Of a stretch of DNA of 64,000 nucleotides, positions 13,334-28,696 are shown in pieces. Each line of letters begins with the position of its first letter. Position 1 is the stretch's first letter. The translations under genes were made by a program, and so were the position numbers. Source of the stretch: Eledone cirrhosa (Eukaryota); contig OZ024744.1 of the NCBI GenBank assembly GCA_964016885.1, positions 16,988,001 through 17,052,000 of the forward strand, given 5' to 3'. The notes under the pieces were generated by a model. It did no database searches and was not told the origin of the DNA. It was given only the letters and a program-made list of their open reading frames with translations.

Positions 13334-13475
13334 GGTGTAAAACTAAATAGAAAAAATAATCGTCTCACCACTTCGGTGATAATTGAACTCACATGCAGGC
13401 TTAGAGAACGTCTTGAGTTCTACAATAACCACCAAAGTACTGAGAGGTGTATGTGTCTGAAATATCAACTGGACA
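13334..13475 (-). repeat. Unclassified dispersed repeat (other copies 16205-16292 +, 19226-19400 +, partial 18373-18396 -)
   Basis: Shared CAGTTGATAT..CAGACACATACA..CTCAGTACTTTGGTGGTTATTGTAGAACTCAAGAC.TTCTCTAAG. Confidence 0.8.
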
Positions 13476-13625
13476 CTACGGCTTAATACGGGATGTTTGT
13501 TTACAAACACACCGAGCATTATAATAAATGTTCGTTGAATCCATACGTACATATATATATGTGTGCATGTATGTGTATATATATACATACTACTGTATGT
13601 CTTTATACATATATGTATGTACGTG

Positions 13626-16095
<2,470 letters not shown>

Positions 16096-16130
16096 CATGT
16101 ATATATATATATATATATACATATATATAT

Positions 16131-16206
<76 letters not shown>

Positions 16207-16288
16207 CACAATTCACCAGTTGATATTACAGACACATACACAGCTCAGTACTTTGGTGGTTATTGTAGAACTCAAGACGTTCTCTAAG

Positions 16289-16350
<62 letters not shown>

Positions 16351-16355
<5 letters not shown>

Positions 16356-17540
16356 ACTAGAAATTGATTAACATATAAATAAACATGAATAATCACAGGA
16401 GATAATTTTTACAAGTATGTAACCACACATAGCTAGGTAGGTAACTAAATAAAGTTGACCAGAACTTCAAAAATAGATACCTCATAATATGATTAATCTT
16501 CCCTGTATATATTCCATTAAAGAAATATATTTCACCAATTAATCGAATGGTAAACCATGGAGGCCGGTACTTGGATTTTCAACAAGGAAGAAGTTCCAAC
16601 AATCCGTGTTTACACTTCAAGTTCAAATCTGCGACTGGTCATCACCACGTGTTGTATTTACTAGAAATACACACATCATAGTAGCTTCGTCCCAGTGGCG
16701 TGAATAGGGTTATCGACAACTAGAAACAGCAGTCGATTCCTTTCAACAGAGTTAGCTCTACAATTAAGGAGCCGTATTTATATATCTATATCCCAAATTA
16801 AGATTATTGTGATTATTCATGTTTATTTATATGTTAATCTATTTCTAGTTATTATAAAATGCTCGGACCCACTCGTTAGAATCTTAGAGCTTATTTTCCG
16901 GGTGATATGGCGCATGTCTTTCTGGCATGACACCCATAATTTTGATTTGGATTAAATTCATTTGGTTTATCTTAATTTTGGATATAGATATATAAATACG
17001 GCTCCTTAATTGTAGAGCTAACTCTGTTGAAAGGACTTGACTGCTGTTTCTAGTTGTCGATAACCCTATTCACGCCACTGGGACCAAGCTACTATGATGT
17101 GTGTATTTCTAGTAAATACAACACGTGGTGATGACCAGTCGCAGATTTGAACTTGAAGTGTAAACACGGATTGTTGGAACTTCTTCCTTGTTGAAAATCC
17201 AAGTCCCCACTTCCGTGGTTTACCATCCGATTAATTGGTGAAATATATTTCTTTAATGGAATATATACAGGGAAGATTAATCATATTATGAGGTATCTAT
17301 TTTTGAAGTTCTGGTCAACTTTATTTAGTTACCTACCTAGCTATGTGTGGTTACATACTTGTAAAAATTATCTCCTGTGATTATTCATGTTTATTTATAT
17401 GTTAACCTATTTCTAGTTATTATAAAATGCTCGGACCCACTCGTTAGAATCTTAGAGCTTATTTTCTGGGTGATATGGGGCATGTCTTTCTGGCATGACA
17501 CCCACAATTTTTATTTGGATTAAATTCATTTAATTTATCT
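16351..17540. repeat. 454-bp inverted repeat combined with a ~568-bp partial tandem unit (pLTR-like architecture)
   Basis: 16351-16804 is the reverse complement of 16969-17422; spacer 16808-16968 is repeated at ~17376-17540. Confidence 0.9.
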
Positions 17541-17897
17541 TACTTTTGTATATGTATATATGAACTTATGTTTACCGAATTCGCAGACCAGACTCCTTCT
17601 TCCTCCCGTTAGACCTGTGCGAAATTCCTTCCTTGCTCACATTTCAACCAGGTTTGATGGTCTTTATTCTCTCGTTCACGATTCCACCGAATTTATATAC
17701 ATAGAAATCTGGGACTTGTTTCCTTCTTCATCACTTTCTGGTGCTTAAACCATTTTGTTTGTTTTCCCTAACGTCCCCTTTATTTACGTGTCCCAACGAC
17801 TTTTTTTTAGCCGTTGCTCGCACCAACCTGAGGTATATCGCCTTTAATGCGACGAAATGCCTACGACGGTTGGATGGCCACTGATGAGGACATACTT

Positions 17898-18035
<138 letters not shown>

Positions 18036-18049
18036 TATATATATATAAC

Positions 18050-18370
18050 TTTGATAGGTTTCGGCCAGTATTGGCCCAGGTCATGTCTAACTTAATAGCA
18101 CCACCTGGCGAAGTCTTACAAGTCAGTGTTTGGGCACCGTGGCCCACTCCAGCAGAGAGTTATTGTTTACGGGGGAATATCCGGGTGTAGGAGGCTTATC
18201 CGGGATTTCTTGAAGGAATTTATCCAAAGACTTCTTGAACTTGATGGGGTCTGTCTCTGGTTTGATGTGTTTTGGTGTAATGTTAAAGAGTGCAGGGCCA
18301 ATTGAGGTGAAATAATTGTGCTGTATTGTTGTCATGAGATGCGAGTGGGATTTTTGTCGTGGGCGGATAG
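18050..18370 (-). mobile_element. 3' end of a CR1-group LINE
   Basis: [39 protein letters not shown]-terminus; 3' hairpin GGCC-AATACT-GGCC-GAAACC. Confidence 0.7.
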
Positions 18371-18417
18371 ATATATATCAACTGGTGAATTGTGAAATAG
18401 AGAAATGTCTTCTCTCT

Positions 18418-18926
<509 letters not shown>

Positions 18927-19439
18927 TTCATTCTACTGACATGGCTATAAAATTGAGGCTTGTTTTCAAAATTGCAAACTTATTGAATGTTATTATTAAT
19001 ATTCGAAAAACTCAGATTACATTTATTGTATTCAGCCATTTAGAGCGAAATCTTTATATATATATATATGGGAAAACGTATGACCCCGACGGCAGAGCTC
19101 AAGCCGTCGAGGTCATACTTTTTTCTATTACTCTGGTATGTTATGGTCCATCTGGTTCCTTCCCACAACTCCTTCGTTATATATATATATATATACTTAT
19201 ATTTATATATAAGTCAATTCTCCACTTCACAATTCAACTGTTGATATCATAGACAAATACATAGCTCAGTACTTTGGTGGTTATTGTAGAACTCAAGACT
19301 TTCTCTAAGTCTGTATGTGAGTGCAATTATCACAGAAGTGGGGAGTCGACTTTTTTCAATTAAGTTTTACGCCTGTAAATGTGTTACACCATTATATATC
19401 AAAGAAAATAAAAATATGTGGGTTCCACTGCGAATAGTT

Positions 19440-20260
19440 TCATGAAAAGATGGTATGTGCACACCCATACATTTAAAACCCCCAGTTTAGCTAGATATAC
19501 AACCCTGGCAAAAAACAAAACAAAAAAACTGCGATCTGAAGCGCTCTAATATTGAATACATACTACAATGGTCCGTGCTAAAATTCGCCCTGTGAATTGA
19601 CCCTGTGAATTATGTCTAGTGGAGGTAATTGAAATAGTGACCAGAAGGGACCTTCTAAATACCTGGCATGATGAGATTTTTAATTGCAAACAGAATATTC
19701 TAAACCCCTTCGCTAAATACAAACTGGACTAGAACAAGATTCAATCCCTAATACCCAGGTTTTACTACACCCTATAGTACATTTACTGTGACATTTGAAA
19801 TTTTCACACCCAAAGAATCAATAATATTCAAAACAATCTCATTCTCTTAATTCCTTTCCTCCCTACCCACTCTACCATACTCTTAATCTCTACTCTCTCC
19901 TTTTTCTGTCCTCTACACTCTCGACCATATATAGTAAACATCAAAACCTTCACCTATACCGATGGTCAAAGAATAATTGTTCCACATGAGAGCACACAGA
20001 TTGAACTCTTTACCCCCACTCTCTCTCCTCTATACTACTTCACTAACTGACATTTCTGTTTTTTAACTTATTTACGTTTTCTTAAACGAAAATTCCATTG
20101 CTGAACTTACCACGTAGTGAATAGTTGACTTCCACTACTATAGGCTTGCTGGTGAAGTGTGATAAATAATTAAGTATTGCATATGATTGAATAATATATA
20201 TTGTAGTCAGCATATGTAGACAAGTATAATAGACACAGAAACATATGTTAAAGCAAATGA
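19440..20260 (+). mobile_element. Old, degraded Naiad 3' remnant ending in a degenerate hammerhead (20144-20254)
   Basis: Remnant PCELCLVE..EI GIY-YIG C-terminus near 19600; GCTTG-CTGGTGA-AGTGT...ACAC-A-GAAA-CATATG-TT-AAAGC. Confidence 0.55.
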
Positions 20261-20319
20261 ATTCCTCCTTCACACCGACGGTTCATTTTTCTTGGTGCAA
20301 TAACTGCTTATATATATAT

Positions 20320-20463
20320 ACTAGTAGAATGTCCCGGCGTTGCTCGGGAGTTCTAGGGTTCTTATATATTTGATATATGTTTATCCTTATCGAGCCTCGT
20401 GAAATAAATACGTTTGTTTATATTTTGTTATTGTGTATGCAAAAATATCTGGACACGAATATA

Positions 20464-20498
<35 letters not shown>

Positions 20499-20995
20499 CA
20501 GTACAGAGAAGTACGGAATACCTCGGCCTCGGGATGGTGTCTACATTTTTGTGCTTATAAAAAGAATTCGTCGTAGATTACCAGGGTTGCACATGGATAA
20601 CATGTTATAAAATGAGTCCCTCATCAGTGATTTGCCAACGGTCATAGGTATTTCATTGCATTAAAAATCATATACCTCACGTTGGCAATACTAACTAAAA
20701 TAAGTTATTAGGACAATTAAAACGCGTAAAGCGAGTGAGACAAGTAAACAACACAGAGGAAAGCTAACCGAAGATAGGAAGAGATACAAGTTACATAGTT
20801 ATTCTATCAGTATAAGCTGGGTGAATATATGAGCAAGTAGAAAATAAACCTTTCGAGATGAAACCGATGTGAGAAAGAAGGAAAATCGTTAACTTCGCGA
20901 ACGGGGGAAAGTGAGAAGGGGAGAAACAGTGAGTGAGTGAGTGGAAGTGTGAGGAAGAGGTCAATAGAGAGAAAGTTCTAACTGACATGGCAGAG

Positions 20996-21034
<39 letters not shown>

Positions 21035-21150
21035 AAATAACAGATTCGAGTTTAAACAAAGAATCGGTGCTTTCACCCTTTACGGATCTTCTGAAACTAA
21101 AATAAAAAATCAATCTGTGAACGCAGAAGTAAATATTTTGAAAAACGTTA
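20320..21150 (-). mobile_element. Non-autonomous Helitron carrying Naiad pLTR pieces
   Basis: 3' hairpin and CTAG at 20320-20350; 20398-20470 is the reverse complement of 12810-12885; 20358-20396 matches the Naiad pLTR; variant hammerhead at 21040-21118. Confidence 0.7.
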
Positions 21151-21269
21151 CACACTATATATATATATATGCACACATTATATATGCATACATATACACA
21201 CACGCACACAGCTAAGTCATAATGTCGTAATGCAACTGGCCAGGCATAGACAGATATTATAAGGGCGCA

Positions 21270-22462
21270 AATAGAGTACCCACTCTTACTAATAAATAAT
21301 GGAATAGAAAGGGCTAAAGCAATAGGCATTGATGAATTACGGAAACAGAAACAAATTCAAGGTACGTCCAATATTCTATCATATATCTCAACACACAACC
21401 CAAGAAATGCGGAAGCTTACAACACTATTCACAATAACATCCCACTACTAAAACAAAACCCAAGAATGAAAAAAGCCCTTGAAACACACAAAATAATCAA
21501 AAGCAAAAGACAACCCAAATCACTGAAAACATTACTCACCAATGCCAAATTACCTACCACAAACCCACAACCAAGTATCAAAAAATGTGGTCGCTCTAAT
21601 TGTGGAACCTTCACTCACCTCATTGAAGGCAACACGTATACATTTAAATCAGGACAAAATTTTACTGTAAAAAATCACTTCACTTGCTCATCAAAAAATC
21701 TAATTTATGCCATTAAATGTAAAGGATGCAATGAAGATTATATAGGACAAACTAAACTCACACTCAGAAACAGAATGACAGTTCATCGCCAACAATTACG
21801 AGATCCAACCACGAGACAGATACCACTGAGTGCAGATCTAGACATTTGCGCAAGTAATAAGAGACCCAAATTCCAAGTCTTCCCATTTTACCTTTGCACT
21901 AACAATATAACAGAACAAATGCGAATAAATAAGGAAAATATGTTTATTCAAAAATATAGACCAACATTAAATATGGTTTAATATACATTATGTCAACACC
22001 ATAATATGACACACACACACACATAACACCTTCTACTTTAGAAAATAAAAACCCGAACTAAATAAACCTTAACATACGTTTGCACTGACAATACAACAGC
22101 AAACACGAATAAGTAAGGAAAATATGCTCATTCAAAAATATTCCTACTAAAGGAATCACTTTCCCACACACACACATACACACACACACAATATATATAT
22201 ATATATATATATTCTCTTCATCTTAACATGCTAACCATACTCCCACACACATAACACCCATACACACACATAACAACCCCCACACCCACAACTCCCTCCC
22301 CATTTCTACTAATAGAACCACTTTCCAACACACATATATATACACACACACAAAATATATATTCTCTCCATCTGAATATACTCGCACACACACACATAAC
22401 ACCCATATACACACACACACAACTCCCTCCCCCATTTCTACTAATAGAATCATCTTCCAATA

Positions 22463-22507
<45 letters not shown>

Positions 22508-22800
22508 ACACACAAGCACACAAATAAACATACATATCTTCACTTCAATAGAAAATCTGAACTCTGACACCCCAGCGAACTAACCATATTCACTGAACCA
22601 GAACAATTCTCCGATCCCTTTCTCTTGACCATTATCTTTCACTTATCAAAAAATTCTCTAAAAAGGCTACAGAATGGATTACCAAATAAGGGCACAACAA
22701 TTTAATGAAAATTTGTTCACGTGACAGCCATAATTTCATTTATAACCAACCCCAAAAAAGCCTTCGTGAGCCTCCTTTTTTCAAGTAAAAAGAAATTCAA
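21270..22800 (+). mobile_element. 5'-truncated Penelope-like element (Neptune-type linker plus GIY-YIG)
   Basis: ORF 21466-21981: KRQPKSLKTLL, CGRSNCGT, FTCSSKNLIYAIKCKGCNEDYIGQT..LRNRMTVH..KENMFI. Confidence 0.85.
21466..21981 (+). CDS. GIY-YIG endonuclease domain of a Penelope-like element (partial)
   Basis: LIY...YIG motifs with conserved Arg and Glu. Confidence 0.75.
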   Translation: MKKALETHKIIKSKRQPKSLKTLLTNAKLPTTNPQPSIKKCGRSNCGTFTHLIEGNTYTFKSGQNFTVKNHFTCSSKNLIYAIKCKGCNEDYIGQTKLTLRNRMTVHRQQLRDPTTRQIPLSADLDICASNKRPKFQVFPFYLCTNNITEQMRINKENMFIQKYRPTLNMV

Positions 22801-23126
22801 ACACTCATATATGAAAAAACAACCTGTGACAACCCCCCCCCTCTTATTTGAAGAACTATTGTAACGCGAACTGGCGCGAAATTTATTATAATTATTGACA
22901 AACCAATCAAATTACTTCTCGAAAAACCTGGCATTTCGAGCCACTTTTTCCATATAAAACAAGAAACATTCAGAGACCAACCAGATGTGAGAAAAACCAC
23001 AGACCCTCCATCTCAACTCACCTTTTGAAAAGCAGAAGAACTGCGAAACCGGTAAAGGAACCAAATAAATATATATATTTAAAAAAAAATAAGACTCCAG
23101 TTGCATTTTCGATTTCATCTCTTTTT

Positions 23127-23188
<62 letters not shown>

Positions 23189-23254
23189 CGTAAAATAAGA
23201 AGATCTTTAAAAAAAGTTTTAAAAAATTTTTTTAACTTACTTACTTAAATTTTC

Positions 23255-23336
23255 ACTCCAACTAATTAGTTTCTGCAATGGGATAAAGAGAGTTACGCAA
23301 TCTAACTGTCGAGAATTCATTGCGTCACCAGGGAGT
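23255..23336 (-). ncRNA. Type I hammerhead motif with core CTGGTGA
   Basis: ACTCC-CTGGTGA-CGCAATG...CATTGCA-GAAA-CTAATTAG-TT-GGAGT; palindromic stem III ACTAATTAGT. Confidence 0.7.
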
Positions 23337-23495
23337 CTATTCTCAGCTAAGTCTCCAGGCAATGCGCGGACACTGGGGACTCATATAAAAATAATAATAA
23401 TTCGGTAGATGGAACAGCTAGCGGGGACTAAATTCCATGCACTGAAATCCTCGCTGCCTCTGGTCAAATGGCCGATTCTAAAGAATCAATCACGT

Positions 23496-23585
<90 letters not shown>

Positions 23586-23592
23586 TACATAC

Positions 23593-23643
<51 letters not shown>

Positions 23644-23644
23644 C

Positions 23645-23695
<51 letters not shown>

Positions 23696-23696
23696 C

Positions 23697-23764
<68 letters not shown>

Positions 23765-23769
<5 letters not shown>

Positions 23770-26700
23770 ATTAAATAAATGGAAACTATATTTATAAAAC
23801 CATATTAATTTCGTTATATATATTTCAGGGATATCATATTAACAATATGTTATGCCTTCTTCAGACAAAATACAATATAAACAGTCTTATAAATAAATAG
23901 ATACGACATACCTTTCAATCACCTTGCATTTGGGAGGTTGATTTGGCAGTAAAAAATATTGTGGACAGTTGTAAAAAGAAAGAGAAAAAGAAAGAAAGAA
24001 AGAGAAACGAAGAAAAAGAAGAAATGCATGTGACTAAATAGAGAGATATAGAAAGATAGATAAAGAGAAGAACTTCATGTAAAGAAACAGAGAGAAATAT
24101 ATATAGAGAGAGGAAGAAAGAAAGAGATAGATAGAGATAGATAGAGAAACTAGGAAGTTGAGTATCGGTTGATACATTTATTTATTTATTTATTTATTTA
24201 GCTCTAGTATTAATGTAAAGAGAGATGTATGTAGTTAAGAGAGAAAATAGCCGTTATATAGAGAGAAAAAAGAGAAAATGAAAAAGAGAAAATGAAAAAT
24301 AACCAGACATAAACGAGGCAGAATTTAAAAACGCTATGTTTCATCTTGTAGAAAATATTAGTTCGTATAAAACAGGCATTATAATGTAAATATCAGTATT
24401 CATGAATGAGACATGTATCTATAATGTGTGAAAAGTAATGATCTTATGTCTAGTTTTTAAAAATTCATATGTTTATGTCATAATTATAAACAAACTCCCA
24501 TTTCACTATCCATTTCACAAGTTGAATGAAAACTTAAACTATGTCAGCTTTAACTCTAACCACCCCAGATCTGTTAAAAATACTATAGTAAACTCTGTTC
24601 AATCACGTATCTCTAGAATCTCATCTAATAAAAAGATTTTCGACGAAAAAGCCCATTATTACAATGAAGCGTTAGCTAGAGCAGGATATAGTGATAAAAT
24701 TATGTACATAGATAATGATAAACAAATTAAACAAAATAACAACTATTTTAATTACGGCCACAACCTTAACAACTATATTAGAAAGCATTACAATAATTCC
24801 AAAAGCCATAAAAGAAATGGAACTAGGAATATAATATGGTTTGCCCCCCCCCCTTTCTCACTAAACATTAAAACCCACATTGCTAAACTATTTTTTAAAG
24901 CTCTTGATAATCGCTTCCCTAGAACACATAGGTATCACTCAATTTTCAATAGACATACTATAAAACTAACCTACTCATCCACCAAAATTTAGCACAAAAT
25001 ATTAATAGAATAAATAACAGGAACTTAAAACCTAGCGATAATAGCATAAATAATATCCAAGTTAACAAATGTAACTGTAGAGATAGTTCTAAATGTCCGT
25101 TAAATAACAACTGCTTAGTTAAAAATATAATATACAACTGTAATGTTAAAACGGACGTTAATTCTTTTAACTACGTTGGTTCTACATCGACGGAATTTAA
25201 ACTTCGTTATAACAACCACAAGAATTCTTTCACAGATCCATCCAAAAAATCTTCAACAGCACTATCAGGCGTACTCTGGCAACTTAGGCATGATAACGTT
25301 AGATATTCGACGACTTGGAATATAGTTTCAAGGGGGATTCCTATTAATTCATCCTCTGAGACATGTGACCTCTGTGCGGAGGAGATATTCTTTATACTAA
25401 AATCTAAAAATTCCCTTAATCTACGGACAAATTTATTCAGTTGCTGCAGACATAGATTGAACTCAACGTTTAAATATAAATTTAAATTTAAAATGTAGTT
25501 ATGTTTGATTTGATTTGTAATTATTTATGAAACTAGCCGATAAATCTTTCGATTTCTTCTTCTTATTAAAACATTCTTTTTATTAAAACATTCTTCATGA
25601 ATAATTAAACTACCCTAAAAGCTGATGCTCCAAATATATCGAATTAAATTTTACACTAGATAAACTTCTATATTAAATATAAGAACATATGTAGACCAAA
25701 TGGGTATCCTAAACTTTTGGAATGATTTCTGCTAGACAGCATTTGGTAAACAATTTTTGTTTTATCTGTTTCGACTCTGATGCTTTTGATGAACTTGGCA
25801 ATATATTGTCAATTAACTTTGAAAGGCTGATCTCTGTGGCCGATTCGCGTGGCATACTATGTTTTAATTTTATTATTTTTTAATATTTTTTAATATTTTT
25901 TAATATTTTGTAATATTTTTTATTTTTAATATTAAATGTTTTAGTTTTCTGTTTATTTATTTATTTTCTTGTCTCTGATATTTTTATTGATATTTTTATT
26001 TTTATTTTTATTTTTATTTTTATTTTTATTTTTATTAATATATTGAAATCTGTTCTCTATTTCTGCTTGATTGACAATCATGTAGAGTAAAGACAAGAAT
26101 AGTATTGTTAAAATTAATATAGACTCTATATATATGTGTATATATACACACATATATGTATACTTGAATTTTTATAGCACAATGAGATTGTTTTCGTGTG
26201 AATTGGGAGTTTGTTTATAATTATGATATAAACATATGAATTTTTAAAAACTAGACATAAGATCATTACTTTTCACACATTATAGATACATGTCTCATTC
26301 ATGAATACTGATATTTACATTATAATGCCTGTTTTATACGAACTAATATTTTCTACAGGATGAAACATAGCGTTTTTAAAAATTCTGCCTCGTTTATGTC
26401 TGGTTATTTTTCATTTTCTCTTTTTCATTTTCTCTTTTTTCTCTCTATATAACGGCTATTTTCTCTCTTAACTACATACATCTCTCTTTACATTAATACT
26501 AGAGCTAAATAAATAAATAAATAAATAAATAAATGTATCAACCGATACTCAACTTCCTAGTTTCTCTATCTATCTCTATCTATCTCTTTCTTTTTTCCTC
26601 TCTCTATATATATTTCTCTCTGTTTCTTTACATGAAGTTCTTCTCTTTATCTATCTTTCTATATCTCTCTATTTAGTCACATGCATTTCTTCTTTTTCTT

Positions 26701-27015
26701 CGTTTCTCTTTCTTTCTTTCTTTTTCTCTTTCTTTTTACAACTGTCCACAATATTTTTTACTGCCAAATCAACCTCCCAAATGCAAGGTGATTGAAAGGT
26801 ATGTCGTATCTATTTATTTATAAGACTGTTTATATTGTATTTTGTCTGAAGAAGGCATAACATATTGTTAATATGATATCCCTGAAATATATATAACGAA
26901 ATAAATATGGTTTTATAAATATAGTTTCCATTTATTTAATATCATAAATATACTCCAAATACTTGTTGAGTGCTTTTATATCAGTTATAAATATTTACTC
27001 GTTGTTAACCCAACA
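23765..27015 (+). mobile_element. Naiad-type Penelope element with a ~740-bp inverted 5' pLTR
   Basis: 23765-24500 is the reverse complement of 26204-26945; coding remnant 24505-25498 (YPFHK..SNHP, CNCRDSSKCPLNNNC, NIIY..YVGST, CDLCAEE, CRH) with a frameshift near 24990. Confidence 0.9.
26832..26908 (+). ncRNA. Canonical type I hammerhead ribozyme (mirror copy at 23802-23878 on -)
   Basis: TATTTTGT-CTGAAGA-AGG..CATATT GTT AATATG..CCT-GAAA-TATATA-TA-ACGAAATA. Confidence 0.85.
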
Positions 27016-27051
27016 ATTTAAATATAACTTTCCATGTATATATATATATAT

Positions 27052-27810
27052 ATAGTAATAATAATAAATTTGAAGACTAAAATCCAAAGAGGGCTCGATA
27101 AGGATAAATATATATCAAATATATAAGAACCGTAGAGCAAATAAGTATATATTACCTGTATGTTTTGTGAAGGTAGGTATACTTTCTCGTACGTATATTT
27201 GATTGTATATGTTATGGCGTATATTTTATATATTCTGGTACATATGCTTTTGGTTATGTGTATACGTGAGTTTTGCAACTGTGTGAGTATGCGGGTTCGT
27301 ACGTATGTAGGGTGTGTGTATATATGTAATTCGTGTTTTGGTTGACGTACGTCTCCGAACATTGTGTATTTATATGTAGGTATGTGTGTGCGCTTGTTAT
27401 ATACGTATTTATTTATTTATATACGTTTATTTAATGATTTGTATACACGCACACACACATATTTATATGTGCGTGTATTTGTATACCTATGGCGAGTGTT
27501 TTCGCGTATGCTTGTGTATGTACGTATATGGATGCGTGTATGTATTTATTTAATTTCAATTACCTCTGTATTTTATTTACTTTATTCTTAACTCTGAAGC
27601 CGAGAATCATTCGGTTTCCTAGTTAGAATTTTAGTCTACGACTTCAGTTGTACCATTTACGTGGTTTTGTCTTTGCGTGCAATTGTTCTCGACGCCCCAC
27701 ATATGACGTATTATCTTCGTTTTTCCGTTCATTGCCAGAGAACGTCTCTATGAACCACCTAAGAGAATATAAGTCTACGACCTCTTTTATTCCATAAACG
27801 TGGTTCTGAT
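27052..27810. mobile_element. Rearranged Naiad pLTR/3' UTR (27052-27142 on -, 27143-27810 on +)
   Basis: 27052-27142 matches 28698-28788; 27143-27810 is a diverged reverse complement of ~29030-29692. Confidence 0.8.
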
Positions 27811-27834
27811 ATATATATATATGTCTAAGGCGGG

Positions 27835-28065
27835 TAAAATTCCCGAGATCAATGGACGAGTTCTCTCCAGCGGTCTCTGTCCCTCATTATCGCTGCCATG
27901 TCCTGCATCTCCAACAGACCAGTGTCTGTCCTTAGGGCATCAACATACGTTAACCTTGGTCTTCCTCTTCTAGTGTGTCCATGTAGGGACTCCCAAAGGA
28001 GTACTGAGTGCAATGTCAAATCTGGATGTCGGTGAGCATGTCCAGCAAACCTCAGTCTCCTCTGT
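27835..28065 (-). mobile_element. 3' end of an RTE-group LINE
   Basis: QRRLRFAGHAHRH..VLLWE..GHTRRGRPRLTYVD..MRDRDRWR. Confidence 0.8.
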
Positions 28066-28066
28066 G

Positions 28067-28134
<68 letters not shown>

Positions 28135-28252
28135 ATAATAATATATATATAGTAATAATAATAATATATATAGTAATAGTATATATAGTAATAATAATAT
28201 AGTAATAATAATAATATATATAGTAATAATAATATATATATAGTAATAATAA

Positions 28253-28693
28253 TGTTTTATTTATTAACCACAAGGGTTCACATAAAGTAGACATTAATGA
28301 CAGTACAGGACAATACAGGACGGTACAAATGGGCATTTCTGCGTGTAAAAAAACAGAGGTTGAAATAAAATAACAAAGAAAAATTCCCCAATAGGGGGGA
28401 GACTTCCAAGGGACATTTGTGGAGAAAGCCCATTAAAAGACCACAGTGGCCCTGATCACCAGGGCAAGTGCCCTCTCCCAGTTTTCCACCTTTAATTTAC
28501 AGACACATACTCAGAGAAGGCCCATTCAATCGGGCCATACTTGCTTCTCTCACCCATCTTTCAACAAAATGCTGGGAAGAGAGCACTTCCCTCTCTACCC
28601 TGATTTTCCTTTTCAAATGAAATTTGAAAAAGTTAATCAGGGCATCACCGAAGAGGTAAGTGCTCGTCTTCAGCCCTTTCAAACGTATCCACC
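28253..28693 (-). mobile_element. 3' fragment of a Tx1/L1-like element
   Basis: WWIRLKGLK..FFKFHLKRKIRVER matches the ORF2 C-terminus at 46704; ends in AATAAA next to degenerate (AAT)n. Confidence 0.85.
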
Positions 28694-28696
28694 ATA

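Noticed and set aside
17820-17895. Possible tandem hammerheads (CCAAC-CTGAGGT..GAAA..GTTGG and CTGATGAGG)
   Set aside because: The first lacks a proper core and stem III; the second has no stem II or GAAA before the (TA)n run.
22872-22907. E2F-like TGGCGCGAAA plus CCAAT box
   Set aside because: Short motifs with no linked gene or transcription evidence; could occur by chance or within a TE.
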